Assembly: GCA_964648945.1 (NCBI GenBank)
Contig: CAZYLU010000002.1
Span: forward strand, 117,346 to 181,345
Direction: 5' to 3'
Length of the DNA: 64,000 nt
From: an uncultured bacterium
Lineage (GTDB): Bacteria; Vulcanimicrobiota; Vulcanimicrobiia; Vulcanimicrobiales; Vulcanimicrobiaceae
Shown here: piece after piece, positions 49,726 through 57,824 of the stretch
How the letters are laid out: each line of letters begins with the position of its first letter
Numbering within the stretch: position 1 is the first letter of the stretch
The notes under the pieces: model-generated
What the model was told of the DNA's origin: nothing
The model's input: only the letters and a program-made list of their open reading frames with translations
The model's database searches: none
Made by a program: the position numbers and the translations under genes

Positions 49726-49899
49726 TTAGATGGCAGGCTGTATGGCGGTGTTTACGGCGCTGAAAACGCTTGAGACACTTTGACCAAGTGTCGTAACGAT
49801 CCCAACTGAAACCGCAGCGATCAACGCGACCATCAGCGCGTATTCCACCATCGTGGCGCCTTCCTCATCACGAATGAGCGCCTTTAGTCCGTTTACCAT
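49726..49899 (-). CDS. flp: Flp-family type IVb pilin (57 aa)
   Basis: AGGAG RBS. Translation: MVNGLKALIRDEEGATMVEYALMVALIAAVSVGIVTTLGQSVSSVFSAVNTAIQPAI. Confidence 0.85.
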   Translation of the reverse strand: MVNGLKALIRDEEGATMVEYALMVALIAAVSVGIVTTLGQSVSSVFSAVNTAIQPAI

Positions 49900-49921
49900 G
49901 AACGACTCCTTCGTGCACGGG

Positions 49922-50095
49922 CTAGATAGCGGGCTGAATCGCGGTATTTACGCCGGCGAAAACCTTTGAGACGCTTTGACCAAGTGTCGTAACGATCCCA
50001 ACTGAAACGGCAGCGATCAACGCCACCATCAGCGCGTATTCCACCATCGTGGCGCCTTCTTCATCGCGGATGAGCGCGTTGAATGTATGAAGCAT
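49922..50095 (-). CDS. flp: Flp-family type IVb pilin (57 aa), near-identical paralog of 49726-49899
   Basis: AGGAG RBS. Translation: MLHTFNALIRDEEGATMVEYALMVALIAAVSVGIVTTLGQSVSKVFAGVNTAIQPAI. Confidence 0.85.
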   Translation of the reverse strand: MLHTFNALIRDEEGATMVEYALMVALIAAVSVGIVTTLGQSVSKVFAGVNTAIQPAI

Positions 50096-50154
50096 TTTTT
50101 GTAACTCCTAACAGCAAGAGAATAGAAGCAGCGAACGTACGGAGGGCACTGATG

Positions 50155-50853
50155 CTACCGTGGCGGCCAGGCATCTGCAGGGAGATCTTTTACGGCGCGG
50201 TTCGGCGCGTCCACCATGACGTTTGCCGTCGCCGGCGTCACACCAAAAGTTGACGTAGCCAATACGCGAAGTAAGCTTCCGTGAAAGTAATCGGGCGCGA
50301 TCGGCAACGTAGCCGAAAAACGTCCGTTGACATCCGGTTGCACATCGTGTCTGCTCACAAGAACCGTCGGAATATCCGACGAGATTGTTGCAAGCAACGT
50401 TAGGGTCACCGGCGCTCCCGGCGGCGCCTGACCATTGACGGTCACGGCTTCCGATCCGGGAAGCGGCTGCATTTCAATCGAGATCGATCCGGTGAAGTTC
50501 GGAGCTGGAGCAGCTCCGGGTTGACGCGGCTGCGAGGGTGGCGACTGAAATGAAGCGAGCTGCTTGAGTCTCTGCGCGAATTGCGACGAGACCAACAAGT
50601 CGCCGTTGACATAACGCGGCGCGGTGTCCATTACTTCTACGCGGTCATCGACATCATAGAGTTCTGCACCGGGCCTAACCACGATGACTAAACCTGCTCG
50701 ATAGAGTGCGACTTCCCGCCCGGGCAAGAGCCACTGCATCAAGTAGCCGTCCCGTGCGGCAAGTGCGGACAATGACTCGCCGCTTGCTTGTGAGTGTGCG
50801 ATCGCCGGCGACAATGCCAGCACAATCACGATCAGAGAATACAACCAGCGCAT
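50155..50853 (-). CDS. hypothetical secreted protein leading the flp operon
   Basis: GGAGG RBS 7 nt before ATG 50853. Signal MRWLYSLIVIVLALSPAIAHS. The N-domain resembles copper-amine-oxidase-N-type 'stalk' domains (LMQWLLPGREVALYRAGLVIVVRPG...RYVNGDLLVSSQFAQRL). Pro-rich linker, then a beta-sandwich-like C-domain. Confidence 0.65.
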   Translation of the reverse strand: MRWLYSLIVIVLALSPAIAHSQASGESLSALAARDGYLMQWLLPGREVALYRAGLVIVVRPGAELYDVDDRVEVMDTAPRYVNGDLLVSSQFAQRLKQLASFQSPPSQPRQPGAAPAPNFTGSISIEMQPLPGSEAVTVNGQAPPGAPVTLTLLATISSDIPTVLVSRHDVQPDVNGRFSATLPIAPDYFHGSLLRVLATSTFGVTPATANVMVDAPNRAVKDLPADAWPPR

Positions 50854-50910
50854 CAAGTTCCTCCGGTTTATTCGTGGCTGCATCATGTCATTGCAAAAAC
50901 TTGCACGCAA

Positions 50911-51008
50911 GATCGTTCACGCCGATCTTGACTCAACGTCAATCAGCGTTTGCGCATTAACGCGAAACCGCTATGCAATAATGCAGTCACCATACCAGGA
51001 GGGAATCG
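50911..51008. promoter_or_regulatory. divergent control region between the flp-tad operon (-) and the cpaC-pseudopilin operon (+)
   Basis: A 98-bp gap flanked by two genes with strong GGAGG RBSs. Candidate sigma-70 elements: TTGCGC-N16-TATGCA on + and TTGACT nearby. Promoters are not demonstrated. Confidence 0.35.
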
Positions 51009-52427
51009 ATGGTTTCATCGCGTCTCGGAAAGCTTATCGCTCTTACGCTTGCCTGCATCTTCTTATTTGGAGCGTCGCTTGTTCCGGCGGGCGCACAGAA
51101 TGTCTCCATCATTTCCGTTCAATCGGGTCACTCAATCGTGGTGCCGGCGCCGGGGCTGTCGCGCGTTGCGATTGGAGACGGGCGCATCGCCGGCGTCGTT
51201 CCGGTCGGTGGCTCGCAGATCCTCATCAACGGCAAGGCGCCCGGGCACACAACCGTCTTCGTGTGGACAACGGGCGGCCGCGTTTCGTACGAAGTCACGG
51301 TAACCGAACAGCAGCTCGACGACTTGGCGCAAATGCTTCGGACATCGATATCGGACCCTAACGTGCAAGTGACGGCATTCGGACATTCGATCGTCGTGCG
51401 CGGCAGCGTCGCAGATGGAGAACACTTTCAAGAGATCACCGACATCCTCTCGCGTTTCGATAAACTCGCGGCGCAGCAACGGTCCGTGATAGTGAACGCA
51501 GTAACCGTTTCCCATCCGCTCAGCGAGTTACAGCGCGATCTGGCGACCATCCCCGGCGGCAAGAACGTTCGCGTGGACGTTGATAAAGGTAACGTGATCG
51601 TTAGCGGGCACGTGCACGATGAAGCGACGAAGCAAGGAATTCTGTCGCAAGCGCGCGGTTTAGCCGGTGGTTACCTGGCAAAAGAAGGTCAGCTGATCGA
51701 CCGCATCAGCACGGACACGACGAGTCAGATCGACGTAAAGGTATACGTGCTCGAAGTCGATCAGACGTTCCTGAATAACATCGGTTTGCAACTTCAGCGG
51801 GCGCGCTTCTTACCGGACGGCACGTACGTGATCGAGGGACCGAACTTCCCGATCGTTGAGTCTCCGGTGCCGGGTGGCAAGGCGCTTACGACGGGTCCAT
51901 TCTTCCGAACCATCACTCTGGCACCAACGATAAACTTGCTTCTCCAGCAAGGCCACGCAAGAATGTTGTCATCGCCGAACCTCGTTACGTTGCCCGGGAA
52001 TGAGGCGTCGTTCTTGGTGGGCGGTCAGATCCCAATTCCCTTTGCATCTGGTCCTCAGCAGATCTCCGTGGAGTACAAAGACTTCGGAGTCCGTCTGAAC
52101 GTTACGCCGACGATCCTCGGCAACGGCGCCATTCACGCAAAGATTACCCCGGAAATATCGGACTTGGATTACTCGAATGCCGTGATAGAAAGCGGTTTCA
52201 CGATTCCCGCACTCAAAGTCAGCACGCTTTCAACGGATGTCATTACACAACCAGGTGAATCCATTGTGATGGGCGGTCTCGTTCGGCGCGTTGATTCGCG
52301 TATATACAACAAAATTCCGCTGCTGGGAAACATTCCAATCCTCGGAAAGTTGTTCCAGAGCGTGTCGTATCAAAGTAACCACACCGACGTTATCTTCGTC
52401 ATGACGCCTGAGGTCATCACCAGATAG
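51009..52427 (+). CDS. cpaC: Flp pilus secretin CpaC/RcpA
   Basis: Signal peptide. Pilus N-domain SGHSIVVPAPGLSRVAIGDGRIAGVV. BON-like region. Secretin core SSPNLVTLPGNEASFLVGGQIPIP, YKDFGVRLNVTPTI, KIPLLGNIPILGKLFQS. Confidence 0.9.
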   Translation: MVSSRLGKLIALTLACIFLFGASLVPAGAQNVSIISVQSGHSIVVPAPGLSRVAIGDGRIAGVVPVGGSQILINGKAPGHTTVFVWTTGGRVSYEVTVTEQQLDDLAQMLRTSISDPNVQVTAFGHSIVVRGSVADGEHFQEITDILSRFDKLAAQQRSVIVNAVTVSHPLSELQRDLATIPGGKNVRVDVDKGNVIVSGHVHDEATKQGILSQARGLAGGYLAKEGQLIDRISTDTTSQIDVKVYVLEVDQTFLNNIGLQLQRARFLPDGTYVIEGPNFPIVESPVPGGKALTTGPFFRTITLAPTINLLLQQGHARMLSSPNLVTLPGNEASFLVGGQIPIPFASGPQQISVEYKDFGVRLNVTPTILGNGAIHAKITPEISDLDYSNAVIESGFTIPALKVSTLSTDVITQPGESIVMGGLVRRVDSRIYNKIPLLGNIPILGKLFQSVSYQSNHTDVIFVMTPEVITR

Positions 52428-52436
52428 GCATTCACT

Positions 52437-52622
52437 ATGAGATGCGTACTTCGTGAATTTCTTGAAAACGAAGACGGCGGCACGATGGTTGAGTATGGAA
52501 TCATAGCCGCGCTAATCGCGTTGCCATCGCTTGCCGTTCTCCTCGCGATTGCAAACACGTGCGGTGCTGTAATGAATAAGGCCGGCACTGGGTTAACGTC
52601 GATAGGACAGACAAACCCATGA
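52437..52622 (+). CDS. flp: Flp-family pilin (fourth copy, 61 aa)
   Basis: MRCVLREFLENEDGGTMVEYGIIAALIALPSLAVLLAIANTCGAVMNKAG..., with processing motif G/GTMVEY. Confidence 0.8.
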   Translation: MRCVLREFLENEDGGTMVEYGIIAALIALPSLAVLLAIANTCGAVMNKAGTGLTSIGQTNP

Positions 52623-53383
52623 AAGCGCCGTCGCGCGGCACGGCGATGATCGAAACCGCGATCGTGCTTTCGATGGTCCTTCTCCTTCTCTATGGCACGA
52701 TGCAAATCGCGATCTGGGGGTATTCGCAAGCAACGACCGAAGGCGCTGCATTCGTCGGCGCGCACGCTGCATCGGTCAACTCGAGTGGATCCGCGTCAAC
52801 GGATCAAACGTACGGTATCAGCGTTGCTAATCTCGCGTTTCCGAATCTGTCGGCATCCGGCGGTGGCAGCCCGTTCAACTTCACCCTGACATACCCGACA
52901 ACGAACACGATACAAGCAATCGTAACAAACAGCAGCGTGACCGGCCTCCTTTTGCTCCCGAAGGCCTCCCAAACGGTATCTGTAAGCGGAGGCGACATCG
53001 AACCGATTTTAGCGAACAGCGGGAACGGCGGGTCGACGTTCGGTGGATTCGGCGTGCAAGCAACGCTCTATAACTATTGCTACTTCGACAATAAGAAGAA
53101 CCCGCAGTGCCCGTCGAGCGGCACGCCGATCTACATCGCGCAATACGACGATATTTACGGCAAGGGCAACGGTAAGAATGGGCAATTCGCCGAGTGGAAC
53201 TGCCGCCCAGCGTTGTTCCCCGCATGGGGCAGCGGGTATTTCCCCACCTCGTACTCGTCCATCACCGTTAAGACGGGTGCACAGTCAACGTATGATCCGG
53301 GTGCAGGCAGCTCTTTTGGTGAGGCGAGTCTCTACCAGTTCGACAGTCAAAGCAGCAAATGGGGGTCGCAGTCGTCATGTTGA
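52619..53383 (+). CDS. TadE-like pseudopilin
   Basis: N-terminal TadE motif RGTAMIETAIVLSMVLLLLYGTMQIAIWGY. Overlaps the flp stop. Confidence 0.75.
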   Translation: MKAPSRGTAMIETAIVLSMVLLLLYGTMQIAIWGYSQATTEGAAFVGAHAASVNSSGSASTDQTYGISVANLAFPNLSASGGGSPFNFTLTYPTTNTIQAIVTNSSVTGLLLLPKASQTVSVSGGDIEPILANSGNGGSTFGGFGVQATLYNYCYFDNKKNPQCPSSGTPIYIAQYDDIYGKGNGKNGQFAEWNCRPALFPAWGSGYFPTSYSSITVKTGAQSTYDPGAGSSFGEASLYQFDSQSSKWGSQSSC

Positions 53384-54321
53384 GCGGACAACGCGGGCAG
53401 ACGCTGCCGTTCTGGGCACTCTCGGTTCTCGCCATTCTAGCGACGACGTTTTTTCTCGCAAGCTATGCGAACACAATTGCGTGGCAAATTCATGCGCAGA
53501 ATGCAGCTGATTCCGCAGCTAACGTTGGGCTGTCACCGACATTGAACGTCGCGAATCAAGAGTCCGTCCTTTTGTATGCAAGCGCGGTGAACGAATACCG
53601 TCTGCGATACCTGAATCAGGGAATGCTCAACGCAATCAACAAGATCGGCTGCACGACGACTGGTAAGCCCTCATGCGCAACGATCTATGCGGCCCTCGGC
53701 GCTGAGTACGGGCAGGCCCTGAGCGCATACAACAATCTGTATCAAGTACTCCAGCAGGCCAATAACTATACCCAGGGCGGTCAGCAGGCGGACGAAAAGA
53801 AGGCGATCAGTGCGCTCGGCAATTTCGATCCAGCGTTCACGTATACCGAACTCTCTGCAACAACCGGCAACAACGGCAATGGCAAAGGTAAAAATAAGAA
53901 TTCGATTCGCAAAATCGACATCGTTGCATGCCGTAACGTGCCGTATTTCGCACCAACGCTGATGGGTCTTGCGAGCGGCGCGAGCTTCCAAGCCTTGGGA
54001 CGTGCCTCAGCACAAGCTGTCCCCGTCGTCCCGACAGCTTCACCACCAGCCGGCGCACCTACAGGATACAGTGAGTACTTTTCGCCGGGCAGCACGAACC
54101 CGGCAACCGGCAAAGCGTATCAAGCAAATGAAGACCCCGCCTCCACCGGCGGTAACATACTGTTCATGGTCCCGTTTGCAACGTCAACTGGGGCGTCGGC
54201 GAACCTTTACCTCACCGTAGATCTCGATTGGTTCCAAGCAGCGACCATCAAACCGTTCTTTCAAGGTGGCGGCACGGGCGGTTCGCTTGGAGCGGGAGAT
54301 TACGGATGTACAAACGGCTAA
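53359..54321 (+). CDS. TadG-like (Tad_N) pilus assembly protein
   Basis: GQRGQTLPFWALSVLAILATTFFLASYANTIAWQIHAQNAADSAA matches the 'putative Flp pilus-assembly TadG-like N-terminal' pattern. Confidence 0.7.
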   Translation: MGVAVVMLSGQRGQTLPFWALSVLAILATTFFLASYANTIAWQIHAQNAADSAANVGLSPTLNVANQESVLLYASAVNEYRLRYLNQGMLNAINKIGCTTTGKPSCATIYAALGAEYGQALSAYNNLYQVLQQANNYTQGGQQADEKKAISALGNFDPAFTYTELSATTGNNGNGKGKNKNSIRKIDIVACRNVPYFAPTLMGLASGASFQALGRASAQAVPVVPTASPPAGAPTGYSEYFSPGSTNPATGKAYQANEDPASTGGNILFMVPFATSTGASANLYLTVDLDWFQAATIKPFFQGGGTGGSLGAGDYGCTNG

Positions 54322-54950
54322 CGTTCGGCGCGCGAGGCCAAGCGCTCGTAGAGACCGCGATAATGTTGCCGGTCGTGCTTCTCGCGCTTTTTGCGGTGAT
54401 CTATTTCTGTAACTTAGGAATCACCGACGAGCGCCTTCAGCTCACCGCTCGATACGCTGCACAAAATCTTTTCGCCGCGGATGCTTATCCCGCGTACAGC
54501 GCGAGCGATTTATACAACATCCCCGCACAAACCACAGTGTGCCCAGCACCGCCAACGACCCTCATGTACAATGGCGCACCGCTGACAGGCATTTCTAGCG
54601 CGCCGTTTTGGAACCCGGGCAATGTGCCTACTCCTGCTTGCGCGCTCCAAACAAGAGATCTAGGTGGTGCTTCGTTTTTGATGGCGCGCTATCTCACCGC
54701 GGGGAACGTCAGCGTTTCCGCATACCCCTCGGTCACGCTCGTCCCCGCATCGTACCTAACGGAAATCACCGGCTCCGCGACTGCGCCTAAGCTAAGCGAA
54801 TCGCTTTCGTGGGTTCATCCTGCGTGGCCGCAAGCAATTATTGCGTGTGCCGCCAAAACACAACAGGAAGTCGAAGATCTCCTAACCGCTACCGAAACCG
54901 TCACTCTTCCCGGCGGCTGGAATCCCGGATCGTGCAATCTAGTGCACTGA
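54306..54950 (+). CDS. TadE-like pseudopilin (second)
   Basis: ATG 54306. RGQALVETAIMLPVVLLALFAVIYFCNLG TadE motif. Overlaps the previous gene by 16 nt. Confidence 0.7.
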   Translation: MYKRLTFGARGQALVETAIMLPVVLLALFAVIYFCNLGITDERLQLTARYAAQNLFAADAYPAYSASDLYNIPAQTTVCPAPPTTLMYNGAPLTGISSAPFWNPGNVPTPACALQTRDLGGASFLMARYLTAGNVSVSAYPSVTLVPASYLTEITGSATAPKLSESLSWVHPAWPQAIIACAAKTQQEVEDLLTATETVTLPGGWNPGSCNLVH

Positions 54951-56353
54951 CCGGCACGGCGCTCGCGCAAGCGCGCACGCAACTCCCTCGCGTTCTTGCG
55001 ACGGGCGTCCTCGAATTGCCGTTCGGCGCACATGCGAATGTCTCACTGGCGAGCGGTAAAGTCGCCGCGTTTCTCGCATACACCGGCTACGATCGCAAGA
55101 ACGACGTCGCGACGTATGCGTTGAGAGTCTTGAACGATAGCGCGTGCGAAGTGCGCGCTGATCTCTCGTGCATTATGAAAGATGGAGCAACGCGGCCGGC
55201 CTCGCCGCTCGTGTTTAAAGTCCCGGCGTTCTCGATGCGCGACGATTACGTGCCGGTGCGCCTCGACATCACGGGGCATTTCGAACGCGCAATCGTCGAA
55301 GTGCGCTCTGACGAGACCTACTTTTCAGTAGAAGCCCCGGCACCGCACTTCAACTCACCGAAGTGGCTGCGTTGGAGCTTCATCCCGCTCGTTCCAGTAC
55401 TCCTGGCCGCAACGATGGGCGTAATGGCCCCGCGTATTGCACCCCTGAGCGCGCCACAACGGGTTTTCGCCGGAACCGCGATGACGATTCCCTACGAAGC
55501 ATCAGGTTACGGCAGCGTCGAGTATTCGTTGACCAATCGCAATAACGTTCAGCTTTCCGCCGGCATCGCTCCCACTTCGTCCGGTGTACTACGCTTCTCG
55601 CTTCCGGCGACGCCCGACGACTCGCCTTACACATTGCGCGTACGCTTGCGCAGTCCGTTTGCATCCGTAGAACAGGTTGCGACAATCGCAGCAGTACCTG
55701 CGCAGCAAACACAATCGCATCCACCAAGGGCACTCGATTCACGACCGCTGATCGAGGAACTGCGTATCGGACAATCGGCGGTGCACGCCGGAGCGCCGCT
55801 CACAGTTTCATATGCAGCGCATGCGATCGGCGGAGACATTTCGCTCGTTGATGCGCTAGGCGCCACGTGGGCACGCGCACCGTTCCTGCCGTCCGGCGTA
55901 TCTGTCATTACGGTACCTGCCGCTGCGGCAGGACGAACGATGCGCGTCGTTTTGCATGTTCGCCGAGGGCAGCAACAAGCGCAGAGCAGCGTTGAAGCAG
56001 TGGTTCTTGCTTCCGACATCGTCAAACCGATTGCAGCAGCGAACAGACCGGCCTATGATTCGCCTGCTGCGCCACCGCCGGCGCCCGCAGCGTTTGGCAT
56101 CGAGCTTTCGTCGACGGTCGTTTCCGCCGGTGACAGCGTAACGGTTCGCGTTACCGGCGGCCACGACAACGTTCGCATCAAACTCGTCGACAGTTCCGGA
56201 GCAACGGTCGCGGAGGGTGACGGATCGTCGGGAACGCTTTCGCTCGCAGCACCTGTCGTGCACACGCCATCGCGGTTCTTTGTCATCGCGACGGTAAACC
56301 AAGGCGTTTCCGAGCAAAGCGCACTCAAGTCAATTACCGTCACACCGCGGTAG
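54932..56353 (+). CDS. hypothetical bitopic membrane protein with three tandem ~95-aa beta-sandwich-like repeats
   Basis: GTG 54932 overlaps the previous gene by 19 nt. About 140-aa N-domain, TM helix WLRWSFIPLVPVLLAATMGVMA, then three repeats each starting P..(I/F)..L and ending in a V..V-rich strand. Confidence 0.6.
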   Translation: MQSSALTGTALAQARTQLPRVLATGVLELPFGAHANVSLASGKVAAFLAYTGYDRKNDVATYALRVLNDSACEVRADLSCIMKDGATRPASPLVFKVPAFSMRDDYVPVRLDITGHFERAIVEVRSDETYFSVEAPAPHFNSPKWLRWSFIPLVPVLLAATMGVMAPRIAPLSAPQRVFAGTAMTIPYEASGYGSVEYSLTNRNNVQLSAGIAPTSSGVLRFSLPATPDDSPYTLRVRLRSPFASVEQVATIAAVPAQQTQSHPPRALDSRPLIEELRIGQSAVHAGAPLTVSYAAHAIGGDISLVDALGATWARAPFLPSGVSVITVPAAAAGRTMRVVLHVRRGQQQAQSSVEAVVLASDIVKPIAAANRPAYDSPAAPPPAPAAFGIELSSTVVSAGDSVTVRVTGGHDNVRIKLVDSSGATVAEGDGSSGTLSLAAPVVHTPSRFFVIATVNQGVSEQSALKSITVTPR

Positions 56354-56362
56354 GCAGTAAGC

Positions 56363-57793
56363 ATGACCAATAAGCCTGCGTCTGCGCGTCTTGGAGTCGC
56401 GTTCGCGATAGGAATACTCTTCGCCGGACGCTTCGCGGTGGACGCGTGGTTCGATCGCCAGAGGCACGGTGACATCGCTTGGCAGCAGTGGCTCGGCCTG
56501 CAGATTCTCGCGCATCGGCATCTTCCGACTGCACTTGGCCCCGAAGCCTTCGCTGCGACTGGAGCACCGTGGGTGCCGCAGGAATGGGCACTCAGCCTCG
56601 GGCTCGCGCTAGCGACTGGACCCGCGTACATCGTACTCGTCGCAGCCGCGTTGGCGGCGGCTCTGGGCGTGCTATTCTTCACGGCGCTTGGCGCCAAGCG
56701 GCTCGGCGCGGCGACAGTGCCGACGGCGCTCGCCGTCGCCTGCGTCAGTCTGTCGATGCTCGAGTCGTACGGCATTCGCGCGCAGGTCTTCGGGTGGGTG
56801 GGACTCGCCGCGGTGATGTACGTGATGCGCTGCGTCCCTGGACGGGGCAAATGGTGGATCGTCCCGATCGTCATGTTGTGGGCGAACGCCCACGCGAGCG
56901 CGCTCCTGGCACCCGCGCTGTTGTTCTTGTGGACCGCCGGCATCGCCGTACGGGATCGAACGTGGAGCCTCGATCTGCGTGAGCACGTCCTTCTTACCGT
57001 CGCTGCATTGACGGCGGTATGCGCGACGCCGCTCGGAATCAAACTTCCCGTTTACGCAATCGAACTGTTTCACAGTCCGATCCGCGCGGCGATCACCGAA
57101 TGGCAGCCCAGCACGCTCGCCGACTCTTCCTTCACCCTCGGCGCGCTCCCGTTCATCCTCGCGTCGCTGCTCCTCGGCTTCGACTCCTCGCGCCGTTGGT
57201 CGGAGGCGCTCGTATTCGCGGCCGTCGCGTGGCTCGCGATCTCTGCTGCGAGAAACACCTCCGTCTGCGCAATCGTGCTCGCCCCGGCGGTTGCCGAACG
57301 GCTAACGAAATATCTGCCCGAGCGCCTTCGCGTCAACGCGATATTCTCGGAACTACCCGTCCGTCGGCTACTGTACGTCAGCACCGTGATTTGCGCGATT
57401 CTAAGCGCGTCGTTTCTTGCAAACCTATACGCAAATGAACGGCTTCCCAGTGCCGCCATCGATCGACTCGCATCAATCCCGGGAACACACCGTCTGTATT
57501 GCGAGGACTTCGCATGGTGCTCGCTCGGCCTGCAGCATCCCAATCTGCGCGAGTTTCTCGACGGCCGCTGCGATGCGTTTCCAATCGACACCTGGAGGGA
57601 TTACCTCGCCGTCTACCACGCGCAGCGCAACGCCCACGGCGTTCTCGAGCGGCGCGGCGTGGACGCAATGCTTATCAGCAAAAAGTACGCACTCGCGAAA
57701 GCGCTTCCGCGTTGGCGCGATTGGCAACTCATCTTCGCCGACGAAACGTATCTCATGTACGTACGCACCGGCACGACCACCGCGCTGCGATAG
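56363..57793 (+). CDS. polytopic membrane protein (GT-C-like fold suspected) with a C-terminal soluble domain
   Basis: 10 or more hydrophobic segments, 9 nt after the upstream stop. No diagnostic motif recognised, so the functional call is tentative. Confidence 0.55.
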   Translation: MTNKPASARLGVAFAIGILFAGRFAVDAWFDRQRHGDIAWQQWLGLQILAHRHLPTALGPEAFAATGAPWVPQEWALSLGLALATGPAYIVLVAAALAAALGVLFFTALGAKRLGAATVPTALAVACVSLSMLESYGIRAQVFGWVGLAAVMYVMRCVPGRGKWWIVPIVMLWANAHASALLAPALLFLWTAGIAVRDRTWSLDLREHVLLTVAALTAVCATPLGIKLPVYAIELFHSPIRAAITEWQPSTLADSSFTLGALPFILASLLLGFDSSRRWSEALVFAAVAWLAISAARNTSVCAIVLAPAVAERLTKYLPERLRVNAIFSELPVRRLLYVSTVICAILSASFLANLYANERLPSAAIDRLASIPGTHRLYCEDFAWCSLGLQHPNLREFLDGRCDAFPIDTWRDYLAVYHAQRNAHGVLERRGVDAMLISKKYALAKALPRWRDWQLIFADETYLMYVRTGTTTALR

Positions 57794-57824
57794 GGAGCGC
57801 GCGCAAACGCTCGAAAAGCCCGGC

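Noticed and set aside
50949-50961. GCATTAACGC shared between the Tad divergent promoter region and the gap between the two acyltransferase genes (61268-61282, where TTAACGC is doubled)
   Set aside because: Only a 10-mer. The underlying heptamer is expected several times by chance in 128 kb of two-strand sequence, and there is no extended similarity around it.
56053-57042. 329-aa minus-strand ORF spanning the 3' end of 54932-56353 and the 5' part of 56363-57793
   Set aside because: The plus-strand genes have coherent TM and repeat architecture and operon-like spacing. The antisense translation is Ala/Arg/Ser junk.
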